A DNA stretch of 64,000 nucleotides from an uncultured Eubacteriales bacterium. GTDB taxonomy: Bacteria; Bacillota; Clostridia; Oscillospirales; QAMX01. The stretch lies in NCBI GenBank assembly GCA_959600635.1, contig CAUGMN010000004.1, forward strand, positions 990 through 64,989, in the 5' to 3' direction. Shown here in pieces: positions 38,795 through 48,016 of this stretch. The notes under the pieces are model-generated. The model was not told the DNA's origin and did no database searches. It saw only the letters and a program-made list of their open reading frames with translations. A program made the position numbers and the translations under genes. Each line of letters opens with the position of its first letter. Positions within the stretch are counted from its first letter, which is position 1.

Positions 38795-39442
38795 ATGTCT
38801 GTTCCCACAACGGAACCGGTCTGCTATATCGTCGGCGCGGGCGAGTGCGGCGGACTGAACTTTTCTAAAACAACAGGCGACCTCGTCATCGCCGCCGACG
38901 GCGGCCTGACGTATCTGGAACGCGAGGGCATAGCGCCCGACCTCGTCCTCGGCGATTTTGACTCTCTGGAAGGGGATAGACCGAGCGGAAACGTGTTGAC
39001 CTATCCGTCGGAAAAAGACGAGACGGATATGTTTCTCGCCGTGCGCTATGCAGTGGAACACAGTTTTCAACGCATCGAGATCTACGGCGGACTGGGCGGG
39101 CGACTCGATCACACGCTGGCGAATATTCAGACGATCGTCTGGGCCGCCCGGCGCGGTGTGCGCGCGAGACTGCTCGATACTTCCGTGGCGCTGTATGCGG
39201 TGGCGGACGGAGAGCTGCGGTTCCCGGCCGGACAGAGGGGCGGCGTCTCCGTGTTTTGCTCGGGAGAGCGCGCCGAGGGCGTCGACCTGATCGGATTAAA
39301 ATATCCGCTCAATAACGCCGCGCTGACGGATGAGTTTCCGCTCGGCGTCAGCAACGAATTTACGGGCCGGGAAAGCGTCGTCCGCGTGCGCCGCGGCACG
39401 CTTGTCGTCCTGACGGACAGCGCCGTACAGCAGAAGAGATGA
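38795..39442 (+). CDS. thiN: Thiamine pyrophosphokinase
   Basis: VIAADGG...LGDFDS...EKDETD...GGLGGRLDHTLANI motif series. AAAGGAG RBS. Confidence 0.8.
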   Translation: MSVPTTEPVCYIVGAGECGGLNFSKTTGDLVIAADGGLTYLEREGIAPDLVLGDFDSLEGDRPSGNVLTYPSEKDETDMFLAVRYAVEHSFQRIEIYGGLGGRLDHTLANIQTIVWAARRGVRARLLDTSVALYAVADGELRFPAGQRGGVSVFCSGERAEGVDLIGLKYPLNNAALTDEFPLGVSNEFTGRESVVRVRRGTLVVLTDSAVQQKR

Positions 39443-39463
39443 AAAGGTTACGCAGGCGAATGT

Positions 39464-39502
39464 GTCCGCCGGAACAAAATTGGTTTCCGGCGGACTTTTT
39501 TT
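39464..39502 (+). terminator. Rho-independent terminator
   Basis: GTCCGCCGGAA ... TTCCGGCGGAC followed by TTTTTTT. Confidence 0.9.
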
Positions 39503-39833
39503 GTACCAACGGCCAACACGGCGGTGTTTTTCGGAGAAAAAACGCGCTTTTTTCGTTCAGGTCACATCATGCGCTTGCGAGACAGGCTCGTTTGTGGTAT
39601 CATATATCCATTCCATCAACAGCGCCGCAGGCGTATGCGCAGAGGAAAAGCGGCGGCGGCGGAGTTGGGAAAAGCCTGCCTGTGGGGGCGATACGCGATA
39701 CGGTCGATCGGCGGGGTCTGCGCCCTGGAAAAACGATTCGCCGCGGCCTTAGTGAGCCCCCATGACAGACAGACAAACGCGGTTTTATGCCGAAAATCGC
39801 GGAATGAAGGGGTAAAGGAGATCATAACGCTAT

Positions 39834-42800
39834 ATGGCAAGAGACTATGAAACACGGATCGACGGAGAGATCATGAGCGTCGATTTTGCGGATTTAGAGG
39901 CGGCCGCGGCTGCCGGAGACGCGGAAGGCTTCCGCAATCAGGACTGGATGGTGACCGGCCCGTTCGTCGCGCGCACCGAAGGCGCGTTCGAAACCGAGTA
40001 TCTCTACGAGCGCGAGAAGATTTTACAGATCGACTATCTCGCCGCCGACGGCGGAGAGGCGGATGCTGCGCCTTACCTCGGTCTGCGCGGCCACAACGAA
40101 TACCTCGGCTGTGAGTCGCCCGTCTGGACAAAGGGCATCCGTAAGTGGAATATGCTCCGCTTCGACCCCGACGACGGCGATTCCGCCTGCGACGAGGCGC
40201 TTTATATGACCGAGCAGCGCAACTGCGTGTTCTACGCGGCGGTCTATGTGCGCTGCGCGGGCGCAAAGCGCGCCGTCGTCTGCTATGAAAACTCCGGCTG
40301 CCGGCTTTTCCTGAACGGCCGGCTGGTTTCCGATACGCCTTACGGCCGCGTCAAGGGCGTTCCCACGATGGGAAACTTAGTGCCGGTCACGTTTGAGGAC
40401 GGGCTGAATCTGCTGCTCTTCAAGCTGCGCCCCGGCTATATCTGCGATACGGTTGATCTGTCGATGACCAACTGCTCGATCTATCCGGTCGCCGCGCAGA
40501 GCGGCGCGCTCTGCTTGACCTATCCGGCGAGAACCGCGGTTTTTGTCAACCGCGGCAGTCAGCCCAAGCAGATCTTCCCGTGCTTTGCCGCGGCGTTTGC
40601 CGATCTTGCAGACGGGCGCGTGGAAATCGGTTCTGCGGACGGCGGCGTGCAGACCGTTGCGCTCGGCGCAATGCGCGCCGGGGAATGCCGGCTGGTCCGC
40701 GCCGAGATCGACGCGATAGCGGGCGAGACGCCGGCTGTTCCCGTCGCGGTGACGGCCGCGGGCAGCGCGCGCGGCGAAGGCTGCTTCCCCGTGCGGCCGA
40801 GCGCCGCTCCGGCCTTCACGGGCACGGAGCTGGCGATGACGAGCTTCCACTTCGACACGACCTACCATCAGGAGCAGCGCGTCTACGCCATGGGCGCGAT
40901 CTATATTCTGAAAGAAATCCTCCAAGAAATGCGCCGCGACGACCGCTTCAAGGCCATTATCTCCGAGGTGGATTATCTGCACCCGTATTACAGCATTTAT
41001 CCGGCCGACCGCGAATTTTTGAAGCAGAAATTTATCGACGGCCACGCCGAGTCGGACTGCTTCTACAACCAGCCCAATGAGATGACCTCCGCACCGGAGG
41101 GCATCGTGCGCAACCTCGTGTACGGGCAGCTCTACCACCGCGACGTGCTCGGGCGCATCTGCGACGTGTACAGCCCCGGCGACGTTTTCGGCCACTTCAA
41201 CCAGATGTCGCAGGTCTCGGCCAAGGGCGGCTGCGGCGGCATATACTGGGGCAAGCACATCTTCGGCTTCCTCCCCGCCTTCCGGCACGTTTCGCCCGAC
41301 GGCACGACGCTGATTCACCGCCGCGGCGGCATCGGCCGCGGCACCGCCGCCGAGTGGGATCTCTCTGTCTGCGAGGGCGACGGCTCGGCAATGTCGTATG
41401 TTCCGGGCTATCCGGTCGACGGCAGCTTGTCGTGGATGGACGAGACGACCCCGACGGCCAGATACGCGATCCCGAGCGAATACCGCCGCGCGCTCGAAGC
41501 GGACGAGGCGCGCATTACCGAGGGAGGCGGCCTGTCGCCGTTTGGCGCGACGAGCCGCGACATGTCTCTCTACCACGCCGGCGTCTCGCTGACGCGGACG
41601 GATTTCAAACAGGCCAACCGCATGGCCGAAAACCTGCTGATTACCGCCGAAAAGCTCTCTGTCCTCGCGGCGGTGAACGGCGCGGAGTATCCGGAGCGCG
41701 CGCTTGACAAGGCGTGGCGGCAGGTGCTCTGCGGCCAGCACCACGATTCGATCACCGGCACGAACAACGAGGTTTCGTTTGTCGATCTGATGATCCAGTA
41801 CCGCGAGGCCGTCGAGCTCGCCGCCGATATCTGCGACCGCGCGGCCGCGTATATCGCCTCGCACATCTGCACGGAGAACGGCCGCCGCGCCGTCGTTCTC
41901 TTCAACCCGCACGCGTGGGAGCGCACCGAGCATATCGAGCTGACCATAAAAACCGACAAGCCCTTCGCTCGCCTGCGCTTTACGGATACAAAGGGCGCGC
42001 CGGTTCCGGCGCAGCCCGTCAGAGAGGTGGAATGCGGCGGCGGCTTTGTGACCGAGCTGCTGCTCCGCGCCTCTGTTCCCGCCTGCGGCTATACGGTCTG
42101 TTATATCGACGAAAAGCCGACGCTTTCCCTGCCGGGCGCGCTGACGATGCCCGCAGGTCTGCCGGAGCGCGCGGAGGGCGCGGTGATCGAAAACGCGTTT
42201 TATAAAATCGCCGTCGATCCGGCGCAGGGCGGCGGTATCGTCTCGATTTACGATAAGGAGGCGAAGCGCGAATTGATCGACGCGGCCGGCGACGGCCCGG
42301 CCAACCGTCTCGTCGCGCTCAAAGAGACGCACGACCGCATGGAGACGCAGCACGAATTCTATACGACCGGCCACAAGCTCGCTTCGGACGGGGAACGCGC
42401 CGCCGTCGCATGCACGCGCTGCGCCGAATTTGAAACGCTGACAATTCGCTATGACCTCGGCAACGTCGTCCATGTGACGCAGGAGATCACGCTGCGGCGC
42501 GGCGACCGCCGCATCGATTTCAAGACGCGGCTCGACGACTACCGCGACGAGGACGATCTGATGACGCTGACCTTCCCGGTGCGCGTCAAGGGCGCCAAGC
42601 CCGTTTTTGACGACCGCTTCGCCCCGCAGGTGCGCACGTCTTCGCGGCGCGCCCTCTCGTTCCGCACCCACCAGTTCGCCATGGCCTCGCACTGCGCGGT
42701 CTACGCGGCGAACCAATGGCTGGACTACGGCCCGACTGTGACGGTCAGGCTCTCCGAGGGCTTCCGCTCCGGCTCCTTCCAGCTCGGCATGACCCAGCTC

Positions 42801-44645
42801 ATCCGCAGCGCCGACAAGCGGCTGGTTGAGCTCGGCGAGACGCTGCTGACAATACTGACGAAAAAGGCGATCCCCGTCACGCCGTTTGCGGACGGTCGCC
42901 AGCCGTGCACGGGTTCGCAGATCGTTCATTTCAACGAGGATCTCTATTCCGACACGCGCATTGTCCTCTGCGTCGACGGTCTTGAAAACGAATATGAAGC
43001 CAAGCTCGCCGAACGCTACTCCGCGCCGTACGCGCGGCTCTGCAAGGCGGCGGAGAAAAACGGCGCGGCGGTCATGTATGTGTGCGACGAGGATAACGAC
43101 TGGGGCAAGCCGGTCGACGTGCTGCTCGTCAAAGCGGCGACATACAAGGCGCTCGCGGCGTGGATCGATAACGTCGCGGCGGCGCTCGCCAAGGGAAGCG
43201 CGCTGACGTTTGAGGCGGTTCTGGCCGGAGAACTGGGCGAGGCGGACGATTACGGCGTCGCGCTCATCAACACCGGCAACATCGCGTGCAGCGTCGAAAA
43301 GGGCGGCATGCTCAACCTGATGCTGTTCCACACCGCGGAGTTTTACGGCAACGTCGGCAACGCGAACTGCGGCGCCAAGCTCGTTCCGGAGCGGAAATCG
43401 CATATCTTTACCTATTCGCTGCTCCCGCATCAGGGCAGCTACCGCGAGGCGCAGCTCTACCGCCGCGCCCTCGAAAAAAACGACCCGCTGTTTGCCGTCA
43501 CCGAATTCACCCGCGCGGCCGACGCAGCTCTGCCGGAATCGATGAGCCTTGTGAGCGCCGACGACAACGTGATCGTCACGGCGGTCAAGGCCGGCGGCTA
43601 TCCGTCCGCGTCGATGAAGGGCGTGCCGGGCGGTCTGCTCAAACGCGGCATCGCGCTCCGCTGTTTTGAACACAACGGCTTGGCCGCCGACGCGAAGATC
43701 CGCCTCGGCTTTGCGGCCGAGAGCGCGGCGCGCGGCAACCTGCTCGAAGAGGAGCTGACAGCGCTCGGCGTGGAGAACAACACGATCACGCTCCAAATGA
43801 CGCCGCACGATATCGAGACGGTCGTCATTGCGCCCGCTGCGGCCGCGGTCAGAGAAGGAAAGGCGCAGATCGGCGCGGCGGCGGAAATCACCGAGCCGAC
43901 CTATATCCGCTCGTGGGAGCACGACCTCGGCACCATGCCGATGGGCTATCTCTCGCTCTGCGCCGTCATCGGCCGCAATCCCAGACAGATTGACGAGCGG
44001 CGCTTTGAAATCGAGGTCTCCGTCGCCAACAACCACACCGATATGGAAGCCGGGGGCACGGCGCGGCTTCTTCTGCCGGCGGGCTGGACGGCCGACGCCG
44101 AGCGGATCGATTACAGCCTTGCGCCGGGCGCCTGCGCGGTCAGGCGCGTCACGGTCGAGAAGCCGTCGGCCGACGCCAAGGGCATTCTGCGCCTCGAATA
44201 CGGCCATCTCGGCCAGACCTTTGAGGATATCTTCGAGGTCGGCTATTTCAACCCCGACCTCAACGTCGAGATCGAGGGCGACGCCATCACCGTCACCGTC
44301 ATCAACGACACCGACGAGCTGCTGCGCGGCGAGCTCGCCATGGCCACGCCGGTCGAAACATGGGGCGGCCTCGGCGGCAAAAACCCGTTCGGCGCCGCTG
44401 AAATTTCACCGTATCAGCGGCCGGTGTCCGTGCCCGCGCACAGCCGCCGCGTGTATACATATACCTGCACGGGCGACGTCTCGCTCTCCTTCTGGGCGGT
44501 CGCCAAGCTGATGGTCAACGGGAGAATCTACTTCAAGGGCGTGCTGCACCGGCCGGTTCAGCCGCATGTGCTGTGGGCGCACACGTTTGTGGACGAGATC
44601 TACCGCGACGGCGGCTCGCTCAGAAAGCTGAACGCGCTGGAATAA
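39834..44645 (+). CDS. Very large (1603 aa) cytoplasmic GH38-like alpha-mannosidase-family protein
   Basis: QHHDSITGT motif near residue 635 and a GH38-like N-domain starting near residue 337 (FHFDTTYHQEQ). No signal peptide. Start could be at an internal ATG. Confidence 0.6.
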   Translation: MARDYETRIDGEIMSVDFADLEAAAAAGDAEGFRNQDWMVTGPFVARTEGAFETEYLYEREKILQIDYLAADGGEADAAPYLGLRGHNEYLGCESPVWTKGIRKWNMLRFDPDDGDSACDEALYMTEQRNCVFYAAVYVRCAGAKRAVVCYENSGCRLFLNGRLVSDTPYGRVKGVPTMGNLVPVTFEDGLNLLLFKLRPGYICDTVDLSMTNCSIYPVAAQSGALCLTYPARTAVFVNRGSQPKQIFPCFAAAFADLADGRVEIGSADGGVQTVALGAMRAGECRLVRAEIDAIAGETPAVPVAVTAAGSARGEGCFPVRPSAAPAFTGTELAMTSFHFDTTYHQEQRVYAMGAIYILKEILQEMRRDDRFKAIISEVDYLHPYYSIYPADREFLKQKFIDGHAESDCFYNQPNEMTSAPEGIVRNLVYGQLYHRDVLGRICDVYSPGDVFGHFNQMSQVSAKGGCGGIYWGKHIFGFLPAFRHVSPDGTTLIHRRGGIGRGTAAEWDLSVCEGDGSAMSYVPGYPVDGSLSWMDETTPTARYAIPSEYRRALEADEARITEGGGLSPFGATSRDMSLYHAGVSLTRTDFKQANRMAENLLITAEKLSVLAAVNGAEYPERALDKAWRQVLCGQHHDSITGTNNEVSFVDLMIQYREAVELAADICDRAAAYIASHICTENGRRAVVLFNPHAWERTEHIELTIKTDKPFARLRFTDTKGAPVPAQPVREVECGGGFVTELLLRASVPACGYTVCYIDEKPTLSLPGALTMPAGLPERAEGAVIENAFYKIAVDPAQGGGIVSIYDKEAKRELIDAAGDGPANRLVALKETHDRMETQHEFYTTGHKLASDGERAAVACTRCAEFETLTIRYDLGNVVHVTQEITLRRGDRRIDFKTRLDDYRDEDDLMTLTFPVRVKGAKPVFDDRFAPQVRTSSRRALSFRTHQFAMASHCAVYAANQWLDYGPTVTVRLSEGFRSGSFQLGMTQLIRSADKRLVELGETLLTILTKKAIPVTPFADGRQPCTGSQIVHFNEDLYSDTRIVLCVDGLENEYEAKLAERYSAPYARLCKAAEKNGAAVMYVCDEDNDWGKPVDVLLVKAATYKALAAWIDNVAAALAKGSALTFEAVLAGELGEADDYGVALINTGNIACSVEKGGMLNLMLFHTAEFYGNVGNANCGAKLVPERKSHIFTYSLLPHQGSYREAQLYRRALEKNDPLFAVTEFTRAADAALPESMSLVSADDNVIVTAVKAGGYPSASMKGVPGGLLKRGIALRCFEHNGLAADAKIRLGFAAESAARGNLLEEELTALGVENNTITLQMTPHDIETVVIAPAAAAVREGKAQIGAAAEITEPTYIRSWEHDLGTMPMGYLSLCAVIGRNPRQIDERRFEIEVSVANNHTDMEAGGTARLLLPAGWTADAERIDYSLAPGACAVRRVTVEKPSADAKGILRLEYGHLGQTFEDIFEVGYFNPDLNVEIEGDAITVTVINDTDELLRGELAMATPVETWGGLGGKNPFGAAEISPYQRPVSVPAHSRRVYTYTCTGDVSLSFWAVAKLMVNGRIYFKGVLHRPVQPHVLWAHTFVDEIYRDGGSLRKLNALE

Positions 44646-44744
44646 GCCGGAACCGGCGGAAGCAGGGAGCTTCCTGTGATTCAAAGGCTGGACGGCAGGC
44701 GGGCGGTTGAAAAGACCGGCCGCCGGGTCTGCCCAGCGACCACT

Positions 44745-44778
44745 GAGATGTCCGCGCCGGTTCCGGCGCGGACATCTC
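44745..44778 (+). terminator. GC-rich hairpin downstream of the GH38-like gene
   Basis: GAGATGTCCGCGCCGG tt CCGGCGCGGACATCTC. No clear T-run. Confidence 0.45.
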
Positions 44779-44879
44779 TGAGAACAAATCGTTGAGTTCA
44801 GAGGTTTCTGTTACACACACTGCTGCCGGTTCGCGCCGAAGCAGCTCGATTTTCAGGAAAGAGAGGGGCCCTTTACCGA

Positions 44880-45632
44880 ATGTATTTTCATGAGCCGAGC
44901 TATGATCTCGCGCGCCTTGCGCGGCAGAATCTTCACATCCATACAACCTTTTCCAACTGCGCCAAGCCGGAGATGACGCTGGCGGCCATCGCGGCCGAGG
45001 CGGAGTCCGCGGGGCTGGAACAGATCGCGGTCGTCAACCATCAGAACTATGACAACCCCGACGAGGTCTGCGCCGGCTGGGTCGAAACGCTCCGCGCGCA
45101 GGCGGCGCAGCTTGATACGCCGGTCAGAATCCGCTTTGGGATGGAGTTTTCCTGTTACGGAATCGGAAAAACGTTGGAGGGCGAGGCGCTCCGCAGGCTG
45201 GTGGACTACCGCCTTTTCGCCTGCAACCATTATCATGTCTCCAACTGGGAGCACCCGGAGGACCGGTCGCCGCGCGGCTATGCGGAGCACGCGGTGGCGG
45301 TCGTCCGCTCGCTGCTGCTTTCGGGCAAGGCGGACTGCATCGCGCACCCGTTCACCGCAGGCTATATCTTCAAGGACGAGCGGCGGGAAATGGTGACGGC
45401 GGCGATCACCGATCAGGAGCTCGGCGAGCTGTTCGAGCTGGCCGTGCGCATGCAGACGGCGTTCGAGATCAATTCCGGCTCCTTCCTCGGCGATCCGGAA
45501 TTTTCAAAGCGGATGTGGAATCTGGGCAGGGAAGCGGGCGTTCAGTTCAACGTCGGGACAGACGCGCACCGCCTCTGCAATATTCCCACCGCGCCGCTGC
45601 TCGCCGCCGCGGAGAAAATGCTGTCGGCCTGA
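44880..45632 (+). CDS. PHP-domain metal-dependent phosphoesterase (HisJ-like)
   Basis: N-terminal NLHIHTTFSNCAKPEMT motif and later His-containing segments (NHQ, AHPF, GTDAH) typical of the PHP fold. Confidence 0.5.
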   Translation: MYFHEPSYDLARLARQNLHIHTTFSNCAKPEMTLAAIAAEAESAGLEQIAVVNHQNYDNPDEVCAGWVETLRAQAAQLDTPVRIRFGMEFSCYGIGKTLEGEALRRLVDYRLFACNHYHVSNWEHPEDRSPRGYAEHAVAVVRSLLLSGKADCIAHPFTAGYIFKDERREMVTAAITDQELGELFELAVRMQTAFEINSGSFLGDPEFSKRMWNLGREAGVQFNVGTDAHRLCNIPTAPLLAAAEKMLSA

Positions 45633-45871
45633 CCGTCTCGCCCACCCTATGCGCACCGCCGGAGCGGCATCAAAAAATCTGCCGGAAGCAAGCGATTGGG
45701 GAGAGCCTGCACAAAGAGTTCCAAAAAAAATGAGCTCGCCTTGCGTAAAAAAAGGGCGTCAATGCGAAGCCTGTCTGACGGAGGGATTGGAAGCATCCAC
45801 GGCCGTGAAGACATTGAAAATTCCTTTTCAGATCGCTCGAAAAAATAATCATTTGGAAAGTGAACAAAAAA

Positions 45872-46330
45872 ATGAAATACAATTGCCCTGTGCTCGTCGT
45901 GACGGACATGGATAAGACGGTAGAGTTTTATAAAAAGGTTCTGGGCCTTCGTGTGACAACGGATTTCGGAGCCAATAAAACCCTCACCGGAGGCTTGGCT
46001 TTACAGACAATCGAAACCTATAAGGATTTTATTGGCACAAATCACATTTCCTTTGGCGGCAACGACTTTGAGGTTTATTTTGAAGAAGAGGATTTTGACC
46101 AATTTGCGGAGAAATTAAAAGAGTGTGCCGTCGAATACGTTCATCCGGTAAAAGAACACCGCTGGGGACAGCGTGTTGTCCGTTTCTATGACCCTGACAA
46201 GCACATCATCGAGGTTGGAGAAAACATGGAAGCGGTCTGCCGGCGCTTCCTGAACGCTGGAATGACACCGCAACAGGTGGCCGAGCGTATGGATGTGCCG
46301 GTGGATTTCGTCAATGCCTGTATGCGGTAA
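45872..46330 (+). CDS. VOC-family (glyoxalase/bleomycin-resistance fold) protein
   Basis: VLVVTDMDKTVEFYKKVLGL and the C-terminal HRWGQRVVRFYDPDKHIIEVGE pattern. The gene is visibly lower in GC than its neighbours. Confidence 0.65.
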   Translation: MKYNCPVLVVTDMDKTVEFYKKVLGLRVTTDFGANKTLTGGLALQTIETYKDFIGTNHISFGGNDFEVYFEEEDFDQFAEKLKECAVEYVHPVKEHRWGQRVVRFYDPDKHIIEVGENMEAVCRRFLNAGMTPQQVAERMDVPVDFVNACMR

Positions 46331-46350
46331 ATTCCACTTTGGAGAAAAGA

Positions 46351-46390
46351 AAGGATAACGGTTGGAAGTCCAACTGTTATCCTTTTTGTT
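46351..46390 (+). terminator. Rho-independent terminator
   Basis: AAGGATAACGGTTGG aagt CCAACTGTTATCCTT followed by TTTGTTT. Confidence 0.85.
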
Positions 46391-46504
46391 TCTGCCTCTT
46401 TGTCTCGTGTGCGCCTTTGGGCAGACTTTTGATTGGTGATATTCCCAAAAGGCTGTGGAAAATCCGGCGCGGCGTTTTGCCCCCCAGCCGAACAGCGGGC
46501 GTTT

Positions 46505-47851
46505 TTACGCCTGCATGGCTGTCGGCTCCTGTTCCGGCGATTGATCCGGCTGCGGCAGTGCGGCTTCCAGATTTTCTCTGGCGACGGCGAGCATCAGCTT
46601 GATGCGGTTCTCCTGGTTGACCTTGGTCGCGCCGGGGTCGTAGTCGATGGCGACGATGTTGGCGAGCGGGTTCTGCTGCTTGATGGTACGCATCACGCCC
46701 TTGCCGCAGATGTGGTTGGGCAGACAGCCGAAGGGCTGGACACAGACGATATTCGGAAATCCGCTGGACACAAGCTCCATCATCTCCGCGGGCAGCAGCC
46801 AGCCCTCGCCCATCTTGACGCCGCGGTCGATGACCTGATCGGCCAGCTTCGTCAGGCGCGCGAAGTCGGCGGGCGGGGTGAAGCGCGGGTGATTTTTCAG
46901 CGCGTCGAGCATCAGCCTTTCCCGCCCGATGAGGTATTTCATGACAAGACGGCCGCCGCGGGCGCGGAGAAAGCCGCCGCCGTACAGCTCGCGGTCGGTT
47001 TCGGTGTTGCTGATACAGTAGAGGATAAAGCTCAATAAGCCGGGGACGCAGACCTCGCAGCCCTGAGAGGTCAGAAATTCCTCCAAACCGTTGTTGGCGA
47101 GCGCCGAATACTTGACATAGATTTCCCCGACGATGCCGACGCGCACTTTCGGCGTCATATCAACGGGAATCTGCTCAAAATCCGTGACCATTCGGCGCAG
47201 GTTGTCGCGCACATCGGCGGTTTTCAGGCCCTTTTTATTTTGAAACTGCTCCGTCAGCGCCGCGAGCCAGCGCTCCGTCAGCGCCGCCGCGGCGCCCTTC
47301 CGAACTTCATACGCCTGCACATGGTTTCGCAGCAGCGTCAGCATATCCCCGTAGATGACCGCCGAGATCGCCTTGCGCAGCAGCTTGGGCGTCAGGCGCA
47401 GCCCGCTGTTCAGCTCCAAGCCGCTCAGGTTCATCGACAGCACCGGAACATGGCCGAACCCGGCCTTTGTCAGCGCCTTGCGCAGCAGATGAATATAATT
47501 CGAGGCGCGGCAGCCGCCGCCGGTCTGCGTGATCGCTACGGCGACGCGGTCGGTGTCGTAACGGCCGCTTTTTAATGCGTCGATGAACTGTCCGATAACC
47601 AGTAAAGCCGGGTAACAGGTATCGTTGTGGACGTATTTTAGGCCCTCGTCGACGACGGCGCGGCTGGCATTCGTCAGCAGCTCGGCGCGGTAACCCTCCT
47701 GTTCGAGGATGCTTTTGAGCATCGAGAAATGAAGCGGAAGCATCATCGGCAGGAGGATGGTATGAGTGCGGCGCATGGCGCGCGTGAAGCGCGGGCGGCC
47801 GCTTTGCGTATCGGAAAGCGGTGTCGGGGCGGATCTTGGATTCTGGTTCAT
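46505..47851 (-). CDS. 2-hydroxyacyl-CoA dehydratase-related protein (DUF2229/HgdB-like)
   Basis: Family-like segments TILLPMMLPLHFSMLKSILE and VCVQPFGCLPNHICGKGV. Start is uncertain. Confidence 0.55.
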   Translation of the reverse strand: MNQNPRSAPTPLSDTQSGRPRFTRAMRRTHTILLPMMLPLHFSMLKSILEQEGYRAELLTNASRAVVDEGLKYVHNDTCYPALLVIGQFIDALKSGRYDTDRVAVAITQTGGGCRASNYIHLLRKALTKAGFGHVPVLSMNLSGLELNSGLRLTPKLLRKAISAVIYGDMLTLLRNHVQAYEVRKGAAAALTERWLAALTEQFQNKKGLKTADVRDNLRRMVTDFEQIPVDMTPKVRVGIVGEIYVKYSALANNGLEEFLTSQGCEVCVPGLLSFILYCISNTETDRELYGGGFLRARGGRLVMKYLIGRERLMLDALKNHPRFTPPADFARLTKLADQVIDRGVKMGEGWLLPAEMMELVSSGFPNIVCVQPFGCLPNHICGKGVMRTIKQQNPLANIVAIDYDPGATKVNQENRIKLMLAVARENLEAALPQPDQSPEQEPTAMQA

Positions 47852-48016
47852 AGAAATCTGTAAGAGCTTCCTTTCAGGGGCGTCGCGCCCGGTATCGCGC
47901 CGGCAAGCCGGCGCGGGGAGGAAGAGACGGGACGCCTTTGAGATTCCTTTCATGTATGCGGACGGGAAAAAACGGAGACGCGGCATAGGCGGCGTCCGAA
48001 ACGCGGGCGACAGGGG

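Noticed and set aside
40377-44207. 1276-aa ORF antisense to the GH38-like gene
   Set aside because: This is a shadow ORF of a GC-rich gene with extreme R/A/G/D content and no motifs. The + strand has GH38 signatures and natural composition.
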